A DNA stretch of 64,000 bases from Spirochaetia bacterium (lineage in GTDB: Bacteria > Spirochaetota > Spirochaetia > DSM-16054 > Sediminispirochaetaceae). The translations under genes were made by a program, and so were the position numbers. Shown in pieces: positions 1 to 9,731 of the stretch (positions within the stretch are counted from its first letter, which is position 1; each line of letters opens with the position of its first letter). The DNA is taken from NCBI GenBank assembly GCA_034520965.1, contig JAXHMY010000003.1, positions 256,001-320,000 of the forward strand, given 5' to 3'. The notes below the pieces were generated by a model that worked only from the letters and a program-made list of their open reading frames with translations, had not been told where the DNA came from and searched no databases.

Positions 1-987
1 ACCGATATTGGAAAGCCCGTCTTTCTTTAGGCTGATGCTAAAACCGTCGGCCAGAGAAAACATCTCTTGTACAATGCTGCGGATAGACCGCTTCTTGTAT
101 CCCTTCTCAAACTGTTTGATAAAAGCTGCATTCTCAGCAAAGCGGCAGGCATCAAAGAACAACGGAATATCGTACTTCTTAGCCAGCTTGTGTACCGCTT
201 TTATGTTCTCAAGGCTCACCGGCTGGCCGGCAACTGTGTTATTGGTGATTGTCAGATAAATCACCGGAATATTCTCACGCCCCTTCTCCTTGAGAAAGGC
301 TTCCAGACGCTCAAGGTCCATATCCCCCTTAAAGGGATTTTCGCTGTCCATTTTTTCCCACGGAAACTCTTCCAATACCCCCGGCTTAAACATGTTCACC
401 GGTTCAATTCCATTCGCGGCGATATTTGCGCCGGTGGTATCAAAATGGCCGTTGTTAGGAATCCAGTAGGCTTTGCCCGGACCGTTCATTTCGTCCAGCA
501 CCTCCCGAATAGTGCTGAACAGCAGGTGTTCGGCTGCTCGACCTTGAGGGGTAATAAAGGCATTCGGTCGGCTCAGTTGGTTCGCCCCGGCGTTGACAAA
601 GCCCCCCTCCTCCTTAGTCAGATACACCTCGTCCATCAGTTTCTCTACATCCTTCTCACCTGACAGGATCAGCTTAAATGCTTCCCGGGGAGAATCACCC
701 CGTTCAAAGGTGTCACGGATGCTGTCCAACAGTACAAAATAGCCCTTGTTTCTTCCGTAAGATTCATCGCCGTGAAACAAAGCCGCCCATTGGAGCTCAC
801 TCATGGCGGTACTGCCGCTGTCGGACAGGTAATCCAACACCAACAAATCCGCGGGAAAAGAGAACATATTGTATTCAGTCTCCCGCAGGGCACGCTCACG
901 CTGCTCAAGAGTGACGTCTTTGATATTGCGAATCACATGGGATTTATGTGCAGGTACTGGCACTCCCAGTTCATTCATCGATTTCAT
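1..987 (-). CDS. Tryptophanase / tyrosine phenol-lyase family PLP-dependent beta-eliminating lyase (runs off window start)
   Basis: Absent from the ORF track; translated by hand from ATG 987 (SD AGGAG): MKSMNELGVP...DYLSDSGSTAMS...GDESY...PQGRAAE...HFDTT...TITNNTVAGQPVS...FDACRFAENA...SLKKDG (PLP lysine motif). TnaA vs Tpl cannot be resolved. Confidence 0.9.
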   Translation of the reverse strand, partial: MKSMNELGVPVPAHKSHVIRNIKDVTLEQRERALRETEYNMFSFPADLLVLDYLSDSGSTAMSELQWAALFHGDESYGRNKGYFVLLDSIRDTFERGDSPREAFKLILSGEKDVEKLMDEVYLTKEEGGFVNAGANQLSRPNAFITPQGRAAEHLLFSTIREVLDEMNGPGKAYWIPNNGHFDTTGANIAANGIEPVNMFKPGVLEEFPWEKMDSENPFKGDMDLERLEAFLKEKGRENIPVIYLTITNNTVAGQPVSLENIKAVHKLAKKYDIPLFFDACRFAENAAFIKQFEKGYKKRSIRSIVQEMFSLADGFSISLKKDGLSNIG

Positions 988-999
988 AGTGTCTGCTCC

Positions 1000-1380
1000 T
1001 TAAATAGCTGCAATGCCGTCAATTTCGATATCTGCACCCAAGGGTAGTTTTGCAACCTGGTAGGCACAACGGGCAGGATAATCACCTGAGAAAAAACTGC
1101 CGTAGGCTTCGTTTACCCGTTTAAAATCGCCCATATCCTGCAGAAAAATAGTCACCTTCAACAGACGGTCAAGAGAACTTCCGGCTTCTTCCAAGATAGA
1201 CTTAAGGTTTTCCATAGCCTGTCGGGTTTGATCTTCAATACTCTCGGCCACAATCTTTCCCTGTGCCGGATCAAGAGGCAGTTGACCCGATACATAGACT
1301 GTATTGCCCCAGGCTACCGCCTGCGAATAAGGACCGACCGCCGCCGGTGCCTTATCTGTGTAAATTACTTTCCGTTCCAT
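1000..1380 (-). CDS. ridA: RidA/YjgF family enamine/imine deaminase
   Basis: APAAVGPYSQAV, VSGQLP, YPARCA, LPLGADIEI motifs; SD GGAGGA. Confidence 0.93.
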   Translation of the reverse strand: MERKVIYTDKAPAAVGPYSQAVAWGNTVYVSGQLPLDPAQGKIVAESIEDQTRQAMENLKSILEEAGSSLDRLLKVTIFLQDMGDFKRVNEAYGSFFSGDYPARCAYQVAKLPLGADIEIDGIAAI

Positions 1381-1620
1381 GTACTCCTCCTAAAAAAATA
1401 TTATTACTGTAATCCAAGCTTCCGGTGTGCTTAGGTATACAGTTTTTCTCTGTCCTTTTCTCCAAGCATAGCTTCTCTGAAACAATGTTAATTCCGTTTT
1501 TAATGTTGAAAGAGGTCTCCATCAACTTCGCAAAACTTTTAATACATTTTAGCACATTTCTATAAGCAGTCAAATAGTTAGCAAAGAAGTATGCAGGAGA
1601 TTAAAAAGCAAAAGAAGGCG

Positions 1621-4326
1621 CTATTTCAGGGTTAAGTTGAACACGCCGTCCCAGCTTTCAGGGGGTGCCTTTTTCTTGAACTTGTTGCATCGACTAAGGT
1701 AAAACTGTGCAGGTCCGTCTTCCGGTTTGACCATTAGCACCTGACTAAAAAGCCCCTGTGCCGTGTCATAGTCACGCTGCTCAAAGGCCTCCAGACCTTC
1801 TTCAAAAATTTCCAAAGCTTCTCCCACATCCGGGTCAAGCTCACTCCTCTCATCTATCAGCTCGTACAAACGCACCGCCTCCTTTATGCCGACAACCCGA
1901 ACTCTGTCCAATTTTCTGCCTACAAACTCTCCGCCGGCTTCGAGAAATGTGGGTTCACTCGCCAGAATCCACGTTCCATACTGCTTGTTCACTCCCTCCA
2001 GCCGGGCAGCCAGATTTACCGAATTTCCCATGATGGTATAATCCATCTTGCGTACCGTTCCCATATTTCCCACTACCATTTCACCGGTATTTATGCCTAT
2101 CCGGGTAAAAACCGGCACCGGAGACAACCTTTCGGAAAGAAAGCGACTGTTCAGCTCCTCTTCCGCTTTTTTCATCCGTATTGCCGACCTGCAGGCTCGC
2201 GCCGCATGATCGGCGTAGTCAAGTGGAGCCCCAAAAAAGGAGATAATTGCATCACCCTCATATTTATCGATGGTTCCCTTCTGCTCTAAAATTACGTCAC
2301 TCATCTCGGATAAATACTGGTTCAGCAAACTCACCAGCTCAGTTGGATCAAGCTGCTCTGAGATAGTCGAAAAGCCCTTTACGTCGGTAAACAGGGCGGT
2401 CATATGCTTTTTGTCTCCACCGAGGGACAGCTTGTCCGGATCAGAGAGTAACTCGTTGATAACATCAGTCGATAAATAGTGACTGAAGGCGTTCTTAATG
2501 TACACCCTGTCCTTCGAAGTCTGAAGAAACTGAATCGCAGTCAGAAGTAAAAAGGTAAAAAATACGGAAGAGATCGGTATCAGAGGCGGTAAATATACCC
2601 CAGTTGTTACAAACGCACCCAGGTCCGCAGCAACAATCACCAATAAAAACAGAACACCAAAGAGCAGGGAATGAACCGGCACCATCCGTCTGATCACCAG
2701 AGTCACCAACAGTGCGGCAAAAAGTCCTATAACCATCGAATACCATTCGGGAAGCTCATCAAGAAAGTTCTCTTGAAGAATAGTATTTGCCAAAGAGGCA
2801 TGGGTACCTACGTTCATGTACTCTTCGTCGAAGGGAGTGACCCCGATATCTGTGGTGGAGGTACCCACAAAACCAATGATAATGAAGGAATCGGGAATAG
2901 CCTCGGATAGGCGCGCCCGTGAGGATGCGAGGTTTTCCTGCACGTCCCTCGCGGCCGAAAAAACTTCGGGAATCTGGCCCCTTATTTCCCGGTACTCCTC
3001 CGCCGTCTGCTCATCCAGTTGACCAGAGGAGAGTATCCTGCCTATCTCAGAATCGATGGAAGACTCCGCCGGACCCTTCAAGAAGGCCTCGACCCCGGGA
3101 AAAAACATACGACGTACTTCAATGTACTCGTCCATCAATTCTGGATCTCCCCCCTCCAGTACCTCCTGTTTGATATCTTCCGCATAATTATAGGCATCCA
3201 TAAGTGGAAAATCCCCTTCGTGGTATGCAAGATAGCCCGCCTCTTCCATTATATTCAAATTTTCAATTAATCGCTGTTCAAGCTCGCGGTTATATACCAG
3301 TTCGTAGTAACTAAGGTGGCGAAAACTCTCTTCATAGCTCTCTTGCGGCCAATTGATCAGCACGTGCTGTGTCTCGGTGAGGGGTATCCTTATATCCTTC
3401 GTTCCTCTATCCGGATGCTCGGCATCCCTCAGAGTAATAGCATGCTTGTCCAACTCTACTTCCGGATTCCCCAGCCACTGCAACAGAGGTGCAAAAGCCA
3501 GTTGCGGAAGATATTTGCCCTCGTATTCTATCAGCAGGTCTATCCGTCGCCGCACCCCGTCCGGGTCGACCTTTACGTTGGGAAAACCCGCACCCCGGGC
3601 CCGGCTCAGAATTGGGTAGATCGCAGGCCGTATCCCTTCTGCTTTGCGCAGTCCGGGATTCTCTCCCGCTACCTGTGTAAGGGCAACATGCTCCTCGGCG
3701 TATTCTATAAGGGTTTCATTCACCGAGGTATCTTCCTCGGAGAGGGCGGATGTGGTAAAAAAGCTTCTCCCGTTCAAGTGAGCCATTTTGCCGAAGTAGG
3801 CATCGTTATCCCGCTCTATATCCCGAACCTTTGCAAGCAGCGTGCTTCGAGAATTTTCGGTAAGCTGCTGCAGATCATCAATATAGCCTTCAGCCTCATC
3901 CAGGGGAATCTGCCCGGCCGCCAGGGCATTGAAAAGTGCGTCGATGTTATTTTGTACCTCTCGAAACTCCTGTTGAAACAGCTCGGGAATCTCCTTGCGT
4001 AAAACCTGTGAGTTGACCCCCAGGGGACTCTCCTCGGTATACTCGATATCAAAGACTATATGCCCGGCATCGAACTCCCGTAAAAGCAGCAGGCCGTTGG
4101 CCATAATGTCCCTGCTCCAGGGCCACACCCCTACCTCGGAAATAGCTAAATCGTCCACATCAAGCAGCAGCAGACGTTCATCCTCCTCAATTTCCGGTCG
4201 AATGGCCAGAAAAAGATCGTACAACCTGTTTTCAAAGGTCTGATAAACCGGCAGATAGCTTATAAGCGAAAACAGTAGAGTAATTAGTACGGGAATAAAA
4301 AAAATATATAAAGTTTTACCGCGCAT
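1621..4326 (-). CDS. CHASE2-domain class III adenylate cyclase with C-terminal TPR-like tail
   Basis: CHASE2 motifs (WPWSRD, DPDGVRRRI), 3 TM helices, cyclase motifs LFTDVKGFS, IDKYEGDA, GINTGEMVVGNMG, DYTIMGNSVNLAARLEG; Lys/Asp specificity residues indicate ATP. Confidence 0.92.
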   Translation of the reverse strand: MRGKTLYIFFIPVLITLLFSLISYLPVYQTFENRLYDLFLAIRPEIEEDERLLLLDVDDLAISEVGVWPWSRDIMANGLLLLREFDAGHIVFDIEYTEESPLGVNSQVLRKEIPELFQQEFREVQNNIDALFNALAAGQIPLDEAEGYIDDLQQLTENSRSTLLAKVRDIERDNDAYFGKMAHLNGRSFFTTSALSEEDTSVNETLIEYAEEHVALTQVAGENPGLRKAEGIRPAIYPILSRARGAGFPNVKVDPDGVRRRIDLLIEYEGKYLPQLAFAPLLQWLGNPEVELDKHAITLRDAEHPDRGTKDIRIPLTETQHVLINWPQESYEESFRHLSYYELVYNRELEQRLIENLNIMEEAGYLAYHEGDFPLMDAYNYAEDIKQEVLEGGDPELMDEYIEVRRMFFPGVEAFLKGPAESSIDSEIGRILSSGQLDEQTAEEYREIRGQIPEVFSAARDVQENLASSRARLSEAIPDSFIIIGFVGTSTTDIGVTPFDEEYMNVGTHASLANTILQENFLDELPEWYSMVIGLFAALLVTLVIRRMVPVHSLLFGVLFLLVIVAADLGAFVTTGVYLPPLIPISSVFFTFLLLTAIQFLQTSKDRVYIKNAFSHYLSTDVINELLSDPDKLSLGGDKKHMTALFTDVKGFSTISEQLDPTELVSLLNQYLSEMSDVILEQKGTIDKYEGDAIISFFGAPLDYADHAARACRSAIRMKKAEEELNSRFLSERLSPVPVFTRIGINTGEMVVGNMGTVRKMDYTIMGNSVNLAARLEGVNKQYGTWILASEPTFLEAGGEFVGRKLDRVRVVGIKEAVRLYELIDERSELDPDVGEALEIFEEGLEAFEQRDYDTAQGLFSQVLMVKPEDGPAQFYLSRCNKFKKKAPPESWDGVFNLTLK

Positions 4327-4508
4327 CCGTGCCCCCTACGTACAGTAGCAATTCGTTAAAAAGTTTATGTTGCGTTTGTTTATAAGCGTAGTATAATTGG
4401 GGTATACCAAATTGTACACATTTTATAGTGAATAAGCATCTAAAAAAGATTGGCTGACCGCAAACTTAGTGCCTTTACTTAATAGCCAACCATGACTATG
4501 GAGGTTCT

Positions 4509-4973
4509 ATGAGAAAAAAGCTCTGTCCGCATCTTTTAGTCGGCTTTCTTTTTGTCCTTTCCGTTTCTCATCTTTGTGCTCAGTCGAACGAAACCCTCGA
4601 CCGCTTTTTAGCGCAGGAAAGGGCCGTGTTCGGATATTCGGCCTATATGGTTCTGACTGCAGCAGGAGAACTGCCGGAGGAGGCTTCCCCGGAGGAGGCG
4701 GCTGCGGCGGTAAGCCGGATGGGATGGAAGAACAGCTTGTCGGCAAGTGACGATCTCATCAACTTAGGAGAGTATTCCTACTTGTTAATGAAGGCCTTCG
4801 ATGTACGCGGTGGCCTAATGTACACGCTGTTTCCCGGCCCCCGGTATGCCGCCCGGGAACTGAAGTACCTGCAGTGTATTCCCGGTAAGTCCACTCCCGG
4901 ACGGTCTATAAGCGGTACCGATGCGGTTCAAATTCTCGGTCGTGTTTTAGAGTGGAAGGAGGAGCGCTCATGA
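4509..4973 (+). CDS. Exported hypothetical protein
   Basis: SD GGAGG, signal peptide ending LCA-Q, ATGA overlap with next gene. Confidence 0.8.
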   Translation: MRKKLCPHLLVGFLFVLSVSHLCAQSNETLDRFLAQERAVFGYSAYMVLTAAGELPEEASPEEAAAAVSRMGWKNSLSASDDLINLGEYSYLLMKAFDVRGGLMYTLFPGPRYAARELKYLQCIPGKSTPGRSISGTDAVQILGRVLEWKEERS

Positions 4974-6268
4974 AAACCCGTGTTTCTGCCATAGGGGGCT
5001 TAATCCTGCTATTCTTCTTTTTAACCCCTCCCTTATTTTCCGAAACTGTAACCGACTGGGGAGGTTTTTTGCAGAGCACCAGCAGGGCTGCCATTCAACC
5101 GGAATACGAGTTTGACCAGGCTGTGCAAACAGGCCTTTGGCTGAGTACCGATTTTTCTGATAATTTCGGTCTCTATGCCCGGGGATCCTACATTTACAAT
5201 GAAGACCGTCCGTATTTTGCAGATATAGAGAACCTGTATGCCCGTGGGAGCTCACTGCTCGGCTCAGAGGGTGAGGAATATCTTGTTCGCTACTCCCTGG
5301 GCAGATTCCGTTTTTCCGAGTTTACCGGCTATGTACTTAACCACAACCTGGACGGTTTTCGGCTGAACTTCGAACTGCCGGCCCTCTCTTTTGAGGCCTC
5401 CGCCGGTTACACCGGCCTTACCTTTGTGCCGAGTTCATCCATATTAGTTACTCAGAGCGATTTCGACCTGCAGGAAAATGTAGCTGATCACGGGTATGAG
5501 CTTAGCTCCCCAAAGCTCATTGAAACCCTGAAAATGACTATTCCCGCAGTTGCCTTTGAGCAGGAGCTGATTCTTAACGTAGTGCTTCAGCAGGATCTGC
5601 AGCCGGAAGAAAACTTTACAAACACGGATGACCGTATACACAGTGAACACATCGGGTTCGGATTACGGGGTGGTCTTGCGCCGTCGCTGTACCAGAACCT
5701 GTTTCTTTACCTGAACCGCGGCCACGGCAAATACGCTACCGCGGCATCGTTGTTTGGCGGCGGCCTTAGCTACTACAATCAGGACTTCCTTTTTACCAGA
5801 GTTCGAGTAAGGGGGCTCTACTCCTCAGGAGATAACGATTACAACTTCTTTTACGGCGGGTACGGGGGAGAGAGAATTTCCAGCCACTTTATTACACTGT
5901 CCTCCTCTCCTCAATTCGGAATTGTTTTTTCCCCTCAAATTGGAAATATGTCCCTTGGTGAGATATCATTTTCTATGAGGCCTTTCTCCAAGACGAATAG
6001 CCGTATCCTTGAAAAGTTCCAAACAACCTTGGCGGCAATTACCTTCTTTAGAAACACCGGAGGAGTTATTTCGGAAGCGGGCATCGACCTTACATCCGAT
6101 AAATCGTATCTGGGAAGCGAAATTGACCTGTCCTTGCAATTCAGGCCCCTTTCCGATGTGGGCATAACCCTTTCCGGAGGCTTATTTTTTCCGAACGAAA
6201 AAGTTTTCATGGAAGCCTATGACAACATGAAGTCGGTGGCCCGCCTTGATGCTTCTTTCAGGTTTTAA
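4970..6268 (+). CDS. Probable outer-membrane beta-barrel protein
   Basis: Signal peptide, alternating aromatic/Gly beta-strand pattern, C-terminal ARLDASFRF (terminal Phe, BAM-signal-like). Confidence 0.7.
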   Translation: MKTRVSAIGGLILLFFFLTPPLFSETVTDWGGFLQSTSRAAIQPEYEFDQAVQTGLWLSTDFSDNFGLYARGSYIYNEDRPYFADIENLYARGSSLLGSEGEEYLVRYSLGRFRFSEFTGYVLNHNLDGFRLNFELPALSFEASAGYTGLTFVPSSSILVTQSDFDLQENVADHGYELSSPKLIETLKMTIPAVAFEQELILNVVLQQDLQPEENFTNTDDRIHSEHIGFGLRGGLAPSLYQNLFLYLNRGHGKYATAASLFGGGLSYYNQDFLFTRVRVRGLYSSGDNDYNFFYGGYGGERISSHFITLSSSPQFGIVFSPQIGNMSLGEISFSMRPFSKTNSRILEKFQTTLAAITFFRNTGGVISEAGIDLTSDKSYLGSEIDLSLQFRPLSDVGITLSGGLFFPNEKVFMEAYDNMKSVARLDASFRF

Positions 6269-6281
6269 AGTGAGGATCAAA

Positions 6282-6971
6282 ATGAGAGAATATAAAACAA
6301 TACCAATTATTTTGCTGCTTATTGCTGTGCTTCTGTTGCTCGCCGCACCGGTCTACTCGGTGAATGCAGTAATAGAGGAAACAAAGGGCAAAGTAGAGCT
6401 CAAAGCCATCGGGGGCAGCTGGCGGAAAGCGGAAGTCGGTATGGAGATTGGGCTCGGAACCACCGTTTCAACGGGTTTTAATGCCAACGCGAAAATTGCT
6501 ATCGGTGACACCGTACTGGAGGTAAAACCGCTTACCCGCATGGAGTTGGAGGAGTTAATAGAGAAAGAGGGGACCATCGACACCGAACTCAACCTAAAAG
6601 TCGGCAAGATAAAGGCAAATGTGCGTTCCTCCGCAGGGCTTCAGAACAACTTCAAGCTGCGCAGCGCCCAATCTACCGCAGCGGTGCGCGGTACGGTTTT
6701 TGTATACGACGGGTACACCTTAAGTGTGGAGCAAGGGCGAGTATCCCTAAGCAACAAGCTCGGGCAGGTACGCTCGGTAGGCAGTGGCGAACAGAGCAGT
6801 ACCGACGGCTATTCCGTACCTTCTCATGTGGAGGATGCTATTTCTTCGGTTTTTAATCTTGATCCCGGCGCGTTGGATGAGGATGCGGTTGTGGAGTTTT
6901 TAGAACAAGAGTATCCCGAATATGCAACCTTAATTCTTAAGCTGTATTGGGATTTTGGAGGAGTGGAATGA
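6282..6971 (+). CDS. Exported FecR-domain protein
   Basis: Signal peptide; STGFNANAKI and FKLRSAQSTAAVRGTVF...VEQGRVSL are typical FecR-domain motifs. Confidence 0.8.
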   Translation: MREYKTIPIILLLIAVLLLLAAPVYSVNAVIEETKGKVELKAIGGSWRKAEVGMEIGLGTTVSTGFNANAKIAIGDTVLEVKPLTRMELEELIEKEGTIDTELNLKVGKIKANVRSSAGLQNNFKLRSAQSTAAVRGTVFVYDGYTLSVEQGRVSLSNKLGQVRSVGSGEQSSTDGYSVPSHVEDAISSVFNLDPGALDEDAVVEFLEQEYPEYATLILKLYWDFGGVE

Positions 6972-8248
6972 ACAAGCAGAATTTCAATTTTGGCCGGAGA
7001 ACTTATGCACGTCCCGCCGCAGTACTTATTATGTTCCTGCTGCTGAGTGTTGTTTCTTGTTATGTAGAACCCCGGGCCGGGGCAACGGTTACTCCCCACC
7101 TTAGCTTCACGACTGCCTCGAGGGGCTTTGGAGATGTGCTCGGCAGCATAAAGCTCGATATTACCGGGCCCGGTATTGACCAGCAGTGGTTCTTCTCTGA
7201 GGAGGAGGACAGTATCGTCATTTCCCTGCCCGAGGCTGATAATGTGCGCTTTGAGGTTGAAGCCCAACTGGATACCCTGGGCGGCACCTACACCGGCCCC
7301 GTACTCTCCTACGGCGGCGTCCTGTATGCCGACCTGGTTGCTGGAAAGTCAATCAACCTAAACTTCAACATGGGCCCCTACGAAACCAAAATACTGGTCC
7401 CGGATTATTCTTTAAGTAAGTTAATACAGTTGAAAAACATGTCTATAAGTGAAAATAATCCGGTTTCTCCTGATTGGGAAGAGTCCGACCTGTCATTTTT
7501 CGAACTAGGCGCTCCATGGGATATAGAGATAGATAACTTGGGACAAATATGGATAGCTAGCGATAATTCGCTAAGTGCAATATACGAAGTACCAATAACT
7601 TATGACGAGTCAGAGTTACCTGAACTTTTGAATATTTACACAACTCCTATTTATTCACTCGCCTTCGACCGCCAAAATAACTACTTGTATTATATTCTTG
7701 ATGAGGGAAATTCCTTTTATAGCATCAATAGGATTACAACTGATTTTGATATATTAGACGTAGCTATTACCGATATTACAGAAATCAGTTCTACTGTCGT
7801 TTCTGCTACTAATACAATTTATCCATTTGGATTAGCAGTAGATGATGAGGGGTTTATCTATTTTACCGTTAATGTTGGGTCTACAACACCTCAATGGAAC
7901 CTCTATAAAATACATCCTGATTCACCGGATACAATAGAAGCATCTACCACAGAAATTACTACCAACCCCGATGCATCTCCTTACGACTATCCCGACCTAC
8001 TCTACAAGGAGGGGCATATATATGTGACGAACCGGGCAGGGCCCGACGGAGAACAAATCCTCAAACTGAACAAAGACCTTGTGCTGGTGGGCAGCTTCGG
8101 AGTTGCTGCAACTGAATTAGGAACCACTGTAGAGGGCGAGTTTTTCGGCCCTTCCCGCTTCCTTGCTTCTACCAACAAGAAAATCTATGTGATTGATGAA
8201 GCTATCGATGCACCTATAGGAGATATTACCTCAAATGAGACAATATGA
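6968..8248 (+). pseudogene. Lipoprotein (beta-propeller/NHL-like) interrupted near its 3' end by the IS110-family element
   Basis: Lipobox VVS-C; PWDIEID, PFGLAVD, FFGPSRF repeats; the TGA stop lies inside the IS left end; probable C-terminal remnant at 9732-9824. Confidence 0.7.
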
Positions 8249-8338
8249 AGTGACCCCCGTGTTTGCAAAATCGTGGATTAGCCTGCAAAATGGTAAAAAC
8301 ACAATGGCAAACACGCCACATACAAACAGGAGGCCACT

Positions 8339-9436
8339 ATGAACAGTGTAATTTATGTAGGAATGGATGTCCACAAGGAGACGGTATTCATCGTCGGGTA
8401 TAAGAATGGCGAACAGGTCCCATCGATAGTCGTTCAGAAGAAAAACAGGGAAAGTGAGCTGCGCAAATATTTTAAGAAGCTCCAGGAAAAGGGTGAGCTT
8501 CTGTGCTGCTATGAAGCAGGGCCAAGCGGTTACAGTACCTATCGGATGCTCGAAGGTATGGGCATTGCCTGTCTTGTTGCAGCCCCGGGACTGATTCCAA
8601 AAAAACCATCAGAGCGAATAAAAACCGACAAACGGGACGCCGACATGCTTGCCCGTAATTTGCGTTCCGGACAGTTGACAGGGGTTCACATTCCCACCAG
8701 AGCCGATGAGGCGGTGCGTGAGTTTCTGCACGTCAGGGATGATTACAAAGACGAGCAGAGACGCTACAAGCAGAAAATTCTCAGTCTTCTGCTTCGTCAT
8801 GGTCTGATCTACCGTGATGGGGATAATTGGACAGGAAAACACCGACTGTGGATTAAGAAAGCCATCGCAGAGCTCAACTCATTGCAGAAAGAGACTGTAA
8901 AGGAGTACCTGGGGCATCTGGACTACATCACTGAAAATATTAAACGAATCGACCAGCGCATTGAAGCCCTTGCCTCTGAAGGGCGCTATAGGGAAAAAGT
9001 GAAAAGGCTGATGGCCATTAAGGGGATTGGAACCTTTACCGCGTTATCAATCATTGCCGAAATAAGTGATTTTCGGCGATTTGCCAAGCCCTCGCAGTTC
9101 ATGAGTTATCTTGGTTTGGTACCGGCTGAACACTCCAGTGGAGAACGTCGTCGTCAGAACGGTATTACAAAATCAGGAAATAAGCGTTTGAGGCGCCTGT
9201 TGGTAGAAAGTGCCTGGCATTGTCGCACCTATGATCCCTCCTCAAAGCGACTGATAAAACGAAGACGAGAAGTAGATCCTCAGGCAAGAGCGTATGCCGA
9301 TAAAGCAGGGAAAAGACTTTCGCGGCGATATCAGCACCTTCTGTTTACAGGAAAACCTTCACAGAAGGTTGCTACGGCAGTTGCACGTGAGCTTTGCGGT
9401 TTTATTTGGGGAATAATGAGAGAACAAACAACGTAG
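8339..9436 (+). CDS. IS110-family DEDD transposase/recombinase
   Basis: VGMDVHK, CYEAGP, KTDKRDA (DEDD); GIG; YLGLVPAEHSSG (catalytic Ser); ITKSGNKRLR; VATAVAREL. Confidence 0.96.
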   Translation: MNSVIYVGMDVHKETVFIVGYKNGEQVPSIVVQKKNRESELRKYFKKLQEKGELLCCYEAGPSGYSTYRMLEGMGIACLVAAPGLIPKKPSERIKTDKRDADMLARNLRSGQLTGVHIPTRADEAVREFLHVRDDYKDEQRRYKQKILSLLLRHGLIYRDGDNWTGKHRLWIKKAIAELNSLQKETVKEYLGHLDYITENIKRIDQRIEALASEGRYREKVKRLMAIKGIGTFTALSIIAEISDFRRFAKPSQFMSYLGLVPAEHSSGERRRQNGITKSGNKRLRRLLVESAWHCRTYDPSSKRLIKRRREVDPQARAYADKAGKRLSRRYQHLLFTGKPSQKVATAVARELCGFIWGIMREQTT

Positions 9437-9456
9437 AGGTTTAACTGAGTTTTGAA

Positions 9457-9667
9457 ACCGAGGGGTAGAATGGATAGAGGAATACGAGAAGAAGCGAAGG
9501 AGAATCCTCGAGCTATTCTGAAGGCCCTCTTTTTGGTAGGAGGAATCCTTGAATTGAGACAGAGGCAAGCTCCCGACGATTACATTGCACTGCAGGTAAC
9601 CAATCCGCGAATATCAGTCTGTACATCGACGGTTGCATGTATTCCTCTATCTTTTTCTCCTCTCGGT
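9457..9667 (+). ncRNA. Predicted bridge RNA / seekRNA of the IS110-family element
   Basis: Long closing helix (ACCGAG 9457-62 with CTCGGT 9662-67; GATAGAGGAATAC 9473-85 with GTATTCCTCTATC 9639-51, perfect 13 bp); an internal loop carries CTATTCTG (9513-20) and TGAGACA (9555-61), matching the insertion flanks. Confidence 0.82.
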
Positions 9668-9731
9668 CTTATAAAGAAGGGGGTACTATAAACTTTTACT
9701 ATAGAATACTTGACAAGGGTCACAACATATC

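Larger units (their letters stand above)
8243..9730 (+). mobile_element. IS110-family insertion sequence, IS1111-type organisation (short left end, long right non-coding end)
   Basis: Inverted ends ATATGAAGTGACCC (8243-8256) and GGGTCACAACATAT (9717-9730), 12/14 match; CA on both flanks (8241-42, 9731-32); TTGACA at 9710-9715. Confidence 0.9.

Noticed and set aside
8..1047. Plus-strand ORFs at the window start
   Set aside because: Shadows of the minus-strand tryptophanase-family gene.
1381..1620. TnaC-like leader peptide upstream of ridA/lyase
   Set aside because: No Trp-containing short ORF or attenuator recognised.
9359..9691. 69- and 79-aa ORFs in the IS right end
   Set aside because: No SD or motifs; the region is better explained as structured guide RNA.
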